A stretch of DNA of 64,000 nt from Candidatus Poribacteria bacterium (GTDB taxonomy: Bacteria; Poribacteria; WGA-4E; WGA-3G), in contig CBDDPD010000001.1 in assembly GCA_965232115.1 (NCBI GenBank), forward strand, positions 16,626 through 80,625, in the 5' to 3' direction. Of this stretch, positions 10,297-19,848 are shown piece after piece; position 1 is the first letter of the stretch; every line of letters begins with the position of its first letter. Under the pieces are notes generated by a model, which saw only the letters and a program-made list of their open reading frames with translations, made no database searches and was not told the origin of the DNA. A program made the position numbers and the translations under genes.

Positions 10297-10955
10297 ATGT
10301 TCCATTCACACCAAGACTAAGAACTGGTTACGGTGTGCTTCTTATTCTTGTTTGCTCATAATTCATATTCACATGGTGATCGATTGGCTGCAGATGGCTG
10401 ACACAACGATAATAAAAATGGCGGTCGCCATTGCCATGGGGGTAACAAGGGAAAAGATAATCAAGGTAAAGATAACAAGGTTGAGAATCTAAGACGGGAG
10501 GGAAATTCGTCACCACCTCATATTGGGGTTGAAGTCGAACTCGATGAAATTATAGACTGTGAAACGATAAGGCTTAAAGGGTTTGAATCGGATATTAAAC
10601 TTATCGGTATAAGCGTTCCTTGTGTAGGTCTCAACCAGAGGGAAGCGGTGAAATTCACATTACTGTCGAAAAATTGAAAGATGGAAGAGATGCGACAGAC
10701 GAATCTGGAAACCATTTAGCATACGTATTTGTAAAGGATGACGAATGCACGGTGTCGGTAAATTTGGCTGTGGTGTGGAATGTAAGAGGCGCGAAGATTG
10801 ATTCTGATATACGTTTCGAGTTCAACGAATTTTTTAGTTTGAGGAAATCAGACATATTGGAACATTTCTGCGACTTTAATTTGCTGTTAAATACTGAAGA
10901 TATACCCGTCGCAATCCAGACTTGGGGTGAATTAAAATCGGTTCTTATAGAGTAA
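10297..10955 (+). pseudogene. Disrupted YHYH + thermonuclease-like gene
   Basis: In-frame TAA (10318) and TGA (10399) plus a frameshift near 10650-10680; remnants HGD..G*H...HCH, IIDCETIRL, IKLIGI, HLAYVF; C-terminal TWGELK. Confidence 0.65.
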
Positions 10956-10982
10956 AAACATACGAATTTACTGCATTTTTTC

Positions 10983-11128
10983 TTGACAAAAAAGAGGGAA
11001 AATTGTAGAATAGTAAATGAAAGTGGGGAGGCGGTCACCTCCCCTACCAAAAACAATTAACCATAACGACTAAGCCAGGAATCTTGCTTCGGCATTTTAA
11101 TTATACCCTTTCCTAATTAGAATGTCAA
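10983..11128. promoter_or_regulatory. Convergent promoter pair with intervening hairpin (antisense module 1)
   Basis: + TTGACA-17-TAGAAT (10983-11011); - TTGACA-17-TATAAT (11128-11100); hairpin GGGGAGG-CGGTCA-CCTCCCC (11025-11044). Confidence 0.7.
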
Positions 11129-11157
11129 GCGGGTCCCCAAACCTATAGGAGCTTGAC

Positions 11158-12024
11158 ATGGGGTCTATCTACAAAATCACCAACACTCTCAACGGTAAAT
11201 CTTATATCGGTCAAACCCGCCATGATGCCGTGAAAACGAGAATACGCGATCATCTCAGGGGCAAGGGCAGTCAACCTGTCAAAGACGCTATTGAGAAGTA
11301 TGGACAAGATGCTTTCACCTTTGAAATTCTGCACGATGGCATCATTCCTGAATTTCTTGATGATCTTGAGAAAGAAGTGATTGCGAAGTTCAATACTGTG
11401 TCTCCACACGGCTATAATCTGACGGAAGGTGGTGAAGGTGGATCTCACTGTGAAATAACGCGTCAAAAGTTATCTGAAATCAATAAAGGTAAAAAACATT
11501 CTGAAGAAACTAAGCGCAAACTCTCCGAAGCACACCAGGGACAAATTCCATGGAACAAAGGCAAAACGCATTCAGAGGAAGCGAAACGGAAGATGTCCGA
11601 AAACAATCCAATGAAACGTCCTGAAGTTCGTCGGAAACTCTCTGAAGCAAATAAAGGTAAAAAGCGATCTCCTCTTTCAGAAGAACAGCGTCGGAAACTC
11701 TCTGAAGCAAATAAAGGTAAAGTTTTATCCGCAGAGACACGCCGGAAAATATCTAAAGCAAATAAAGGCAGAGTTTTATCCGCAGAGACACGCCGGAAAA
11801 TATCTAAAGCGCAGAAAAATATGTCTCATTCAGAAGAAGCCAAGCGTAAAATCTCTGAAGCGAAAAGAAGTCCTTACTATAAGGATGCACACTCTTTTTT
11901 TTCTTCCTTACCATCCGATATGTGTTTGAAGAAAAAAAGAAATCTGCTATATGAGAATTTTTCGGATGTCGTGGACACCCGTACAATCCGCCGTTGGATT
12001 CGCAAATGGAACTCTGAAGGATAA
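11158..12024 (+). CDS. Free-standing GIY-YIG homing endonuclease with NUMOD3 repeats
   Basis: SIYKITN...YIGQT motif, GYNLTEGG, repeated [12 protein letters not shown]. Confidence 0.9.
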   Translation: MGSIYKITNTLNGKSYIGQTRHDAVKTRIRDHLRGKGSQPVKDAIEKYGQDAFTFEILHDGIIPEFLDDLEKEVIAKFNTVSPHGYNLTEGGEGGSHCEITRQKLSEINKGKKHSEETKRKLSEAHQGQIPWNKGKTHSEEAKRKMSENNPMKRPEVRRKLSEANKGKKRSPLSEEQRRKLSEANKGKVLSAETRRKISKANKGRVLSAETRRKISKAQKNMSHSEEAKRKISEAKRSPYYKDAHSFFSSLPSDMCLKKKRNLLYENFSDVVDTRTIRRWIRKWNSEG

Positions 12025-12133
12025 CTACTTCCGTTTCTTGCGATGTTCCTCCATCTCCTCACAATATGCAGAAAAACAGATTTCATCGTATGTGAAGCGA
12101 AAATTCTGGTCAGTGCCGGGAGGACAGACGCGC

Positions 12134-13132
12134 TCACTTGGGAGTTTCCCCGCCGCCGTGCTGCTCACCCACAGGTTCGCCAGCCGCGTCCGCCCCTTCG
12201 GCGTCTGTGAGAGATCGAAAGTGACGCTGCAGAGACCTCAACCCTGCATCGGGAATATTTACAATTCTGTGAGCCTCAAAAAATGTTTGCATAACGCGTT
12301 CTGATAAGTATTCAACGGGATACGGATCCCCGTCCCCTATTTCGATGTCCGCGATTGCCTCTACATCCACCTCGCTTACGTCGACTTCTTTATACGAAAG
12401 CACCGGATCTAAAATCATTGAAGGGACCAGCACCTGACGCTCCGCCGTTTTCTGCGCCACAACCGCGGCGAGTTCGTCTTCCGACATATCCACATACTTC
12501 TTCGACTTCGTCCCTATGGGATACCACTCAAACGTATCGCCTAACACCGCAAACGCATCCGCCGGGACACCCCGCCGCACCTCGACTTGATAGATCGAAT
12601 CTTCCGTTGGGGTGTTCACCGAACCATAAGCGTTACAGAGTGCGTCAATCATGATCGAGGAACGCGCTTCGATCGGCGACCCTTCACCTTCACCCATATA
12701 GGAGAACGAGGGGCTATACATCAGTTTGCCAAGCAACAGATTCGCAACGGCACGATCCCGCTCGTCCATCGCCACACCCTCTTTTTCCTGACCCATATAT
12801 TGCTCAAGAATCTTTAAGTGCGCGATTTCGATATCCAACGATTTGCCGTCCCAGACTTTCACCGTCCACATCTGGTCGTCCCAAAACATCTCAACCGTCT
12901 TCACAGGCTTGCCCTTGGTTTTCAGCACTTCGACCGTCAACTTCGGGGCATCCGAGGCTTCCACCCGCCGCGCGGACATATCCTTGAAGTTCACTTCGCA
13001 AATTGCCGATGCCCGGTCGTCTTTTTTAAAGACATCGGATGTGAGCGCGGGTGCTTCTGAGTGTTCAACGACTTGCGAAACCCGTTTCTTTTGTATCTGC
13101 GCATCCAATTGTGCTTGGAGTTTAACGTCCAT
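12134..13132 (-). CDS. Tail assembly chaperone (probable +1 frameshift extension to 12025)
   Basis: Follows the tail tube gene; TTT CGA at 12220-12215 leads into a 64-codon open +1 frame. Confidence 0.6.
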   Translation of the reverse strand: MDVKLQAQLDAQIQKKRVSQVVEHSEAPALTSDVFKKDDRASAICEVNFKDMSARRVEASDAPKLTVEVLKTKGKPVKTVEMFWDDQMWTVKVWDGKSLDIEIAHLKILEQYMGQEKEGVAMDERDRAVANLLLGKLMYSPSFSYMGEGEGSPIEARSSIMIDALCNAYGSVNTPTEDSIYQVEVRRGVPADAFAVLGDTFEWYPIGTKSKKYVDMSEDELAAVVAQKTAERQVLVPSMILDPVLSYKEVDVSEVDVEAIADIEIGDGDPYPVEYLSERVMQTFFEAHRIVNIPDAGLRSLQRHFRSLTDAEGADAAGEPVGEQHGGGETPK

Positions 13133-13207
13133 TTTTCTCCTGTTTTTCTTGAAAGTTGTGAGGACTCTTAACTTAACTTATAACTTCTAACAAAAAACCA
13201 ACAACTC

Positions 13208-14986
13208 TTACACCCATCGGTCATCACTCACGATCATCACTTCGATCTCCCCATCGACCTGTCCTTCAGGCGGAAGGGCTTTGAGCTCCACGTCTACCGG
13301 AACAACACCGGGTCCCGTAGCCGGCACACGTACCGGCGATTGGATGTCGCAGTTTTTCATTCTGTAAGTGACTGACAATTGCCGCCCACTGCCCAACCAT
13401 TGGTACGTGCCGACGCGTACATTCACCTTTTCTCGGTTACGGTACTTCGTATCCCAGCGAATAAACGTATCTTCCTCTGCACTGCCCGACTCGTAGTTCG
13501 TGTTCACCGATGCCGTCGTTAAGCGTCGCTGCGTCGCATCTGTGTCTCGACGAAACATTCCCGGTACCTTCCCCTGCACGAAGTCGTAGTTGTGCTCGAT
13601 ACTCAATCCTACGGAGTTGCAGATAACCGCCTCACCCTCAATTTCTAAGAATCTGCCATGCCCCGAATAGAAACGCGGGGTGACCCGCTCAAAATCTCGA
13701 TCCCCAAGACTTGTTGGATGGTCTTCTCTATCTTGCAGCATCATCGACTTGAACTGCGGAGCGTCCCTTTCCTCAATCGTTTGGCGTTTGTCGACACGGT
13801 TGGAAAGCATATTATACGTCGCACCGATCGTATCTCCGATTTCAATCTCTCCACTGATCACAATTCCACGGTTCACCACCCGCGGTTCACCGCCGACATC
13901 CGCTTCAAACGTCAAACCCTCCGGGTCATCGTTCGCAACCTTTAACTTCGTCTCAAAACCCCCCGGCTCCGCGATGATCTCTATTGTGTGGGATCCTGTC
14001 AGCTTGGATACGTCAACAACCGTCCCATCGGCAGCCTTGCATTCGACCTTATTAATTTTGTGGAAATACTTACCCGTGAGAACATCCGAGCCGAGTACGA
14101 TCTCTTCTCTCAAGGGAAGCGTGTCCTTTGAAGCGAGTCCGACGCGCCGTACACCCCGAATCAGCAGCGTATGACCGGTGAGGGCACCCGTGTATTTCAC
14201 GCGGAGTTGTGCCGGACGCTCCCGTTCAGGGTTGCGAACGAGGTTCCCAGCAATCCCGGTCGTGATGTCAAATTTACCAGCACTCCAGCCTGTCGACCGG
14301 ACACGCGTCACCGTTGCACCTGCAGGAAGTGCCGCCGTCTGTGCGGTGGTTTTCGCAGAATCCGCGAAGGAAAGTGTCACCGTCTGTGTCTCGCCATCTG
14401 CGTCTGTGTAACTGATAACAACCGTTCCGGGTGTTGTCGATTGGGTTAATTTCGCCGCACTGCTCGGTGTAACCGTCAGCGTGAGTTTCTGCGGATACAT
14501 ACCCAAGTTGTCTGCGATCGTTTTATTGGCGTTACCGGAACCCGAAAGGCCCTGGTCATCAACGACTTTCACCGTCGCAGCTGCCGTGTCCGTGAAATAG
14601 GTCGCCGCGGCGATCGTCTTTAAATCCGTTCCCGCCGCAACAAGCGTTTTACTGGGGATCGCAACGCTCACAGGCTTCGGATCGTTCAGGAGTGCCTGCA
14701 TAAGATCAAGATACCCATCTTCTGAAGGGACCTGCGCAGAAAATGGACCCGACCCCCATAAAAAGTTAATTTCATCAGAAACACCCGCACGTCCCGGACT
14801 CAGTGCTTGATTCTCAAGAAGATCGGAATCCTCATCGTGCTCCCACGATGTCACAAGATATTCCCGTATCTTCCCATTCGCTTTTTTGACGAGTTCCTTC
14901 CTATCTGTAATGTCAGGCCCCCGCCCAAAAACCATAGACGTATTTTCGGCTTTTATTTGTCTTGTTGCCATTCTCCTGTCCTCCAA
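13208..14986 (-). CDS. Major tail (tube) protein with a large Thr/Ala-rich insertion
   Basis: Position in operon; C-terminal beta-strand pattern typical of tail tube proteins. Confidence 0.65.
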   Translation of the reverse strand: MEDRRMATRQIKAENTSMVFGRGPDITDRKELVKKANGKIREYLVTSWEHDEDSDLLENQALSPGRAGVSDEINFLWGSGPFSAQVPSEDGYLDLMQALLNDPKPVSVAIPSKTLVAAGTDLKTIAAATYFTDTAAATVKVVDDQGLSGSGNANKTIADNLGMYPQKLTLTVTPSSAAKLTQSTTPGTVVISYTDADGETQTVTLSFADSAKTTAQTAALPAGATVTRVRSTGWSAGKFDITTGIAGNLVRNPERERPAQLRVKYTGALTGHTLLIRGVRRVGLASKDTLPLREEIVLGSDVLTGKYFHKINKVECKAADGTVVDVSKLTGSHTIEIIAEPGGFETKLKVANDDPEGLTFEADVGGEPRVVNRGIVISGEIEIGDTIGATYNMLSNRVDKRQTIEERDAPQFKSMMLQDREDHPTSLGDRDFERVTPRFYSGHGRFLEIEGEAVICNSVGLSIEHNYDFVQGKVPGMFRRDTDATQRRLTTASVNTNYESGSAEEDTFIRWDTKYRNREKVNVRVGTYQWLGSGRQLSVTYRMKNCDIQSPVRVPATGPGVVPVDVELKALPPEGQVDGEIEVMIVSDDRWV

Positions 14987-15021
14987 ATTAATAGTTGTCA
15001 GTTATCAGTTTACTCACCCAT

Positions 15022-15678
15022 TTACACAGAGGCATTCGATGGATATACATGCGTCACGACAATGCGATGCCTCACAATTTCAAAGGGCGTACCCTGGAGG
15101 GCACTGATCCTGCCTGCACTCGTGTGTACCTCCGCGATTCGCGTCTGACACACACCCGCAACGTCCAAATCTGGCGTGCCTTTGATAATCCTTTCGATCG
15201 TATGTATAGCATCCGATACCTGATCCGTCATCGGTTTCGTCAAAAACGTTTTCAGCGTCTCGGATATACCCTTATACTTTGACGCGCCTATCTGGTCTAC
15301 AGACACCTCTTTCAGCACAACATCAAGGGCAATCGGGAGATATTCCTCTGTCTCGCCTAACGCCGCAAACTCCGCATTCGGACCCCCCTCGCGGTTGCGT
15401 AGCACCTCGTCAAAATTCAAAAGTAGGGCGGGCAGAGCCCCCTGACCCTCCAAAACTGTCCAATGCTGATAACGTTTTTGAACCGTTCGGACTCGCATAG
15501 GAAATTCCGAATCGTCGTAACGGGACTTTGAATCTTCCCTGAGCGGCTCAAATAGTTCATAAAGTGAATCAAGAATTTGCGCTCGGCGGTGCATTCTGGA
15601 CTTCCTTGAAATTTCTTTTTCTCTCGTGCTCTTGGGCCTTTTGTCGTACGGCGCGGGACGGGTGAACTCACCTCTCAA
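15022..15678 (-). CDS. Putative tail completion/terminator protein
   Basis: Position directly upstream of tail tube; size. Confidence 0.4.
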   Translation of the reverse strand: MRGEFTRPAPYDKRPKSTREKEISRKSRMHRRAQILDSLYELFEPLREDSKSRYDDSEFPMRVRTVQKRYQHWTVLEGQGALPALLLNFDEVLRNREGGPNAEFAALGETEEYLPIALDVVLKEVSVDQIGASKYKGISETLKTFLTKPMTDQVSDAIHTIERIIKGTPDLDVAGVCQTRIAEVHTSAGRISALQGTPFEIVRHRIVVTHVYPSNASV

Positions 15679-15758
15679 GCATACCGGTCGGCTCGTTGCT
15701 GGCGGCAGAGCGACAGGTTGCTTTTGACCCCGTCACCGCGACCCCGCACCCCCATGCC

Positions 15759-16475
15759 CTAAAATGGGTAGTCCACGCCGATGATCGTATCCGTCTGAAA
15801 CTCAAGGATGCGCGCAGCATCGGTGTCCTGATGAGACTGTACCGCGATCTTCACCTTTGCGGACCAACCCAGTCCACCCCACAGTTCACCCCCCGTGCCG
15901 ATGCCGATTTTCCCTTGATGTGTGGTGTTGTTTGGATCCAGAAGTGCCTTGCCCTCTATTTCAAAGTTTTTCACGTCATAGGCACCGGTAACAGAGATAC
16001 CCCACAGGTTGCCTTCCGGGATAGCGATGCCCGCGTCTTTGAGTTCAGCAGAGTTGGGATTCGATGGATCGGTCAGTTCATAAATCTCGTCAAACGGGTT
16101 GCCGTTCTGCCCGAACACCCCGACCGACACTTCATATTTCCCAAGAAACGGGAACACAACCGAACCCGTCATAACGTTTTGCCGTCCAATCCCCGCGAGC
16201 GTCGCACCTTGTAACTTGTTATCGGATGCAATGCGGATACGCTTGAAAGTCGCGGATACATCAACGTTGCCGACATACAGATCCCCCGTCTGCAACTGTG
16301 CCTCTACGTCGAAGTCAACGGGACCTACCTGTTTCTCAGAGTCTCCATAAACGCCGAGCGACGCATCATCGACCGCACGGGAATAACTGAAGCCCACTGT
16401 GTTGCTGAATGCAGGCGGCGCACACAAGAGCACCGCTACCATTGCTGCGAAAATCCAGAATCTCTTGAAAAACAT
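15759..16475 (-). CDS. Putative outer-membrane beta-barrel protein
   Basis: Start at ATG 16475 after AGGAG; signal peptide MFFKRFWIFAAMVAVLLCAPPAFS; amphipathic beta strands; C-terminal ...GVDYPF. Confidence 0.6.
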   Translation of the reverse strand: MFFKRFWIFAAMVAVLLCAPPAFSNTVGFSYSRAVDDASLGVYGDSEKQVGPVDFDVEAQLQTGDLYVGNVDVSATFKRIRIASDNKLQGATLAGIGRQNVMTGSVVFPFLGKYEVSVGVFGQNGNPFDEIYELTDPSNPNSAELKDAGIAIPEGNLWGISVTGAYDVKNFEIEGKALLDPNNTTHQGKIGIGTGGELWGGLGWSAKVKIAVQSHQDTDAARILEFQTDTIIGVDYPF

Positions 16476-16567
16476 TTGTGAAATTCTCCTTATTGTCGTT
16501 GCGTGAATTATCGTTTTTGTTATTATCGTTTTCACCCGAAAACACGAATAGACCCCACGTTCGCACC

Positions 16568-17158
16568 CTATGCGGAAAGGAGTTTGTATCCGTCCGGGCA
16601 TCGGATCGCCGTCAGCTCCGCATTCTCCAAATACCATTGAAGGTTACTGCGTTTGGCAGAGTTGCCCTGATTCCCGCCAAAGAGTTTCTGGCAGTTGTCC
16701 ACAACGACACCGACATGGCGGATCGGGAAGTCTGCATCTTCTTTGGGTTCAAAGACGCAGATTGCACCGTCCGTGAGGGTGTCTATTTCATATCCGAATG
16801 TCTTGAAACTTGTTGCCATCAGGTTCAATTCTGTGACATCGAAGCCAAGCGCCTCAAAGATTTTCAGCCAGAACCCTGCGCACCAAGACTTCCCGCCCTC
16901 TGCATCATTGGGATTGAAACCCAAGAAAGCCTGTAGCGCTTTCTGGTCTCGTGCCTCGTGTTTGCCGTTCCATTTCAGACCGCTCACAACCCAGTCGGCT
17001 TCCATACCCTTGACTTCTATAATGCCAGGCGTTGTTTCTATAACTTCATTCTGAGGTGGTGCTTCTCTGGGAGGATCCATCATTTCATTGAGACCTTCTA
17101 CCACGTGTAGCAACCCCGATTTTATTTTCACGAGTGCCTCTACATTTTCGGTTTTCAT
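16568..17158 (-). CDS. Putative endolysin, NlpC/P60-CHAP-like (TIGR02594-type) peptidase
   Basis: SWCAGF, HVGVV and GGNQGNS motifs. Confidence 0.7.
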   Translation of the reverse strand: MKTENVEALVKIKSGLLHVVEGLNEMMDPPREAPPQNEVIETTPGIIEVKGMEADWVVSGLKWNGKHEARDQKALQAFLGFNPNDAEGGKSWCAGFWLKIFEALGFDVTELNLMATSFKTFGYEIDTLTDGAICVFEPKEDADFPIRHVGVVVDNCQKLFGGNQGNSAKRSNLQWYLENAELTAIRCPDGYKLLSA

Positions 17159-17472
17159 CAGCGTGTCTCCTTTCCGTTTTGTGCTTCTGCTTGTGCTTTC
17201 TTCAAAAAATGGCTTTGCACCACGCTACTGGCGTACCCAGCGAAGTATGCAACAATCGCAAGTAAAAACGCTTGGGTTACATACGTGCCAGGCTCCTTGT
17301 TAAGAACGCCTATCGAATAGCCCTCTAATAAAAATACAAATATTAACAGACCCCCGAAGATTCCAAATATCCAATTGATGATCCGGCTTGCATCGTGATC
17401 CTTGGACCATTTGGCGATCTTGCGTTCTGTTTTCGCCTGCTGTATTTGCTCTTTTTGTTCTTTGTTGTTCAT
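17158..17472 (-). CDS. Two-TM holin-like protein
   Basis: Two hydrophobic segments; overlaps the endolysin start. Confidence 0.5.
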   Translation of the reverse strand: MNNKEQKEQIQQAKTERKIAKWSKDHDASRIINWIFGIFGGLLIFVFLLEGYSIGVLNKEPGTYVTQAFLLAIVAYFAGYASSVVQSHFLKKAQAEAQNGKETR

Positions 17473-17478
17473 GACCCG

Positions 17479-17859
17479 TCAATCCTCTCCAAGCAGCCGT
17501 CTGCGTATTTTCACACGTTCCGGCTCGGATATATCTGAATTTAGGAGCAACACCGCATACAGAATTTCACGCAGTGCAGCCCGCACCTGTTGGTCGTGCC
17601 GCGTACAGATCTCGATGATTTTTTCATGCGCTTGCCGCTCGCGTTCAGCATGCTCTTTGCGATACGCAGCCATTTCAGATTTATGCCGCTCTTGTGTTTT
17701 TTCCAAGGTTTCTTGACTCTGCTCGTAAAGCGAAGTGATGGCTTCTTGGTGTGCAGCTTCGCGTCTGGGCAGATACTTGACGACCATCCAGATCAGCAAC
17801 CCCGAAACGATACTTCCAAATCCAAGCTGCGCCCATTGCGTGATGAGTGTTAAATCCAT
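17479..17859 (-). CDS. Single-TM coiled-coil protein, BhlA/UviB-like holin candidate
   Basis: AQLGFGSIVSGLLIWMVVKY followed by RE and a coiled coil; lysis-cassette position. Confidence 0.45.
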   Translation of the reverse strand: MDLTLITQWAQLGFGSIVSGLLIWMVVKYLPRREAAHQEAITSLYEQSQETLEKTQERHKSEMAAYRKEHAERERQAHEKIIEICTRHDQQVRAALREILYAVLLLNSDISEPERVKIRRRLLGED

Positions 17860-18375
17860 TTATCTCAAACTCCTTTCCGCGGCAGCAATTGCCTCGCTCT
17901 GCCATTTCTCACCGAGTTGCGCCATCCGTTCCTCAAACCGTTCGCCCGCAACGATCAACGCATACACGGCGCGCGACGACAGATTCCCTTCCCCATGCCC
18001 CGATTCATGGATCGCTGGGTAATTCGCGCCAAAGTGAGACTCGAAATACGTGCCATCGACACCCAACACCATCTCGGTCGGTCCAAACTCAGCGAGGTTG
18101 CCCGGGTGGCTCAAGGACGTTGCCGCCTCAAAGTAGACATCACCGCGGCGAAGAATCCCTTTCCCGGGATGCGACACCGCTTTTCGCGCCGCATATAACG
18201 GATCTAAATGTGCCCACGCACCGCGACCGCCGGTTTCAAAAATATCGTCGATGTCGCCGACGGTGAACGGCATCACAAAGTCTGTCCAGAAAGGCGTGTA
18301 ATTCTGTAGACGTGCTCCGATCTTTTCAACGAGTGTCTCTGCTCGCAAAAGCGTCTCAAAATTTATGTCAACCAT
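17860..18375 (-). CDS. Virion morphogenesis protein (Mu gpG-like)
   Basis: FETGGRGAWAHL.P.YAARKA...PGKGILR and YPAIHE patterns. Confidence 0.65.
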   Translation of the reverse strand: MVDINFETLLRAETLVEKIGARLQNYTPFWTDFVMPFTVGDIDDIFETGGRGAWAHLDPLYAARKAVSHPGKGILRRGDVYFEAATSLSHPGNLAEFGPTEMVLGVDGTYFESHFGANYPAIHESGHGEGNLSSRAVYALIVAGERFEERMAQLGEKWQSEAIAAAERSLR

Positions 18376-18396
18376 ATTCCGCGTCCTCTTTTTTCC

Positions 18397-18425
18397 TTGA
18401 CATAAATAGTCAAGAATGCTATAAT
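18397..18425 (+). promoter_or_regulatory. Consensus sigma70 promoter antisense to the virion operon
   Basis: TTGACA-17 bp-TATAAT. Confidence 0.75.
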
Positions 18426-18521
18426 ATTGATGTATTGCTGGTAGGGATTACGACCCTCGTCGCAAGGAATTCCTCTCCAAAGACATTCCCGATACATCCA
18501 ACGCTGAACAGAAATACCTGT

Positions 18522-18614
18522 TAGGACTTACGCAAAATCACAGAATTACGCCTATGCCTACGCGGTAGGTGCGGTTTGAAACCGCACTCTACCAGGGGAA
18601 GTACGTAAGTCCTA
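18522..18614. mobile_element. MITE (93 bp) with internal REP-like hairpin
   Basis: TIR TAGGACTTACG/CGTAAGTCCTA; 6-bp target duplication ACCTGT; internal GTAGGTGCGGTTTGAAACCGCAC. Confidence 0.75.
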
Positions 18615-18654
18615 ACCTGTTTTCGTTGATGAAAACTTGTGTTCTCAGCAACTC

Positions 18655-18996
18655 CTAAGCTACCCCTCGATGTAAAAGTTGCAACTGCATGACATTGCTA
18701 CCTTTCATCGTCAGGACACCAACGATCCGCAATTCTGAGTCATCGGAACGCTTGACAAAATCGCCTTTCTTAATCGTTGGGTTCGGCACCTCCAGCAGTG
18801 CCGTCCAGTGCGACGCTTCTATCGGGACACCCGAATTCAACTCAACAGAATCCCGACGCGCATTCACAGAATCCGGCGGCGGCACAATCCTGCAGACAAC
18901 ATCTTCCGCAATCGTTTCCTCGCCATCACGCTCGAAAGACGACCGACGGATCACTGTCACCTCTTCCTTGCTTTCCGGCGGAATCCTGAATCTCAT
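18655..18996 (-). CDS. Head closure / head-tail joining protein
   Basis: 113 aa beta-rich protein; IKKGDFV...LRIVGV pattern; position. Confidence 0.55.
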   Translation of the reverse strand: MRFRIPPESKEEVTVIRRSSFERDGEETIAEDVVCRIVPPPDSVNARRDSVELNSGVPIEASHWTALLEVPNPTIKKGDFVKRSDDSELRIVGVLTMKGSNVMQLQLLHRGVA

Positions 18997-19036
18997 AACT
19001 CCCTATCCCTGTTCGGCACTGCTGAGGATTTACTTC

Positions 19037-19540
19037 TTAATCGTTATAGGTCGGTACACGCCGATATGGGTACCTCGGCACCCCAACCTCGCGTCGTTCC
19101 GTCCCAATAGCACCAAACGGGAGTTTCCGACGCGTGCCTTTCTTTGACGCACTATCGGACTTCGCGACGCTCTCCACAATGTCAGCGACCTTCTCTTCAA
19201 CTTTCGTCAAATGGAATGCTCGCTTCTCCTTCCAGTCGATTGCCTGCACCTCCGTGACAACCTGAAGTTGCGTCTGACGGATCATTTGTGGTGCAGTCAA
19301 ACACAACTCCGAGGCACATTGATGCATTATCGCGAGAAGCGCATCTTCTGCTGCATCACCCGTTAACGCGTCCACATCAATGCCCAGCGCATTCAGTCGT
19401 TTCCGTACCTGACGCTCGGCATCCGGGGCAAAGGGTTGCTGCGAGAGATAGTCATCGGAGATATGCACTGCAGTAACATCCGGCGCAATCAATCCACGAA
19501 CGGCATCGTAATGTTGGGAAGTCAATATCGTCGCAGGCAT
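19037..19540 (-). CDS. Head-tail adaptor protein
   Basis: Helical protein directly downstream of the capsid gene. Confidence 0.5.
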   Translation of the reverse strand: MPATILTSQHYDAVRGLIAPDVTAVHISDDYLSQQPFAPDAERQVRKRLNALGIDVDALTGDAAEDALLAIMHQCASELCLTAPQMIRQTQLQVVTEVQAIDWKEKRAFHLTKVEEKVADIVESVAKSDSASKKGTRRKLPFGAIGTERREVGVPRYPYRRVPTYND

Positions 19541-19661
19541 CTGAAACTCCGTTTTTAGGGGTTATCCGTTATAGGTACGTTCCGCTGCGCGGGAAGGGTT
19601 GTCGGTACGTTTCGCTTCGCTCCACTTTCGGTTATAAGTTATAAGTTAAAAGAGGCACGTG

Positions 19662-19758
19662 TTATAGTAGATTCCGTAATTACTTTTACACAGAACTCGG
19701 TGCGGTTGCAAACCGCACCTACCGACGGGTGTGCAGATATTTTCGGGTTTTACTATAA
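19662..19758 (+). mobile_element. 97-bp MITE family A, copy 1
   Basis: Ends TTATAGTA...TACTATAA; internal hairpin GGTGCGGTTGCAAACCGCACC; four other copies in the window. Confidence 0.8.
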
Positions 19759-19848
19759 ACAAAAACCTCTTAACCCAAAACTAAGAACCAAAAGCGAACG
19801 TAGTGAGCGAACCAACAACCGCAGTGAACGCAGTGAGCGAACCGACAC

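Noticed and set aside
10399-10401. Selenocysteine TGA at an expected Cys position
   Set aside because: The same gene has another in-frame stop and a frameshift, so decay is the simpler explanation.
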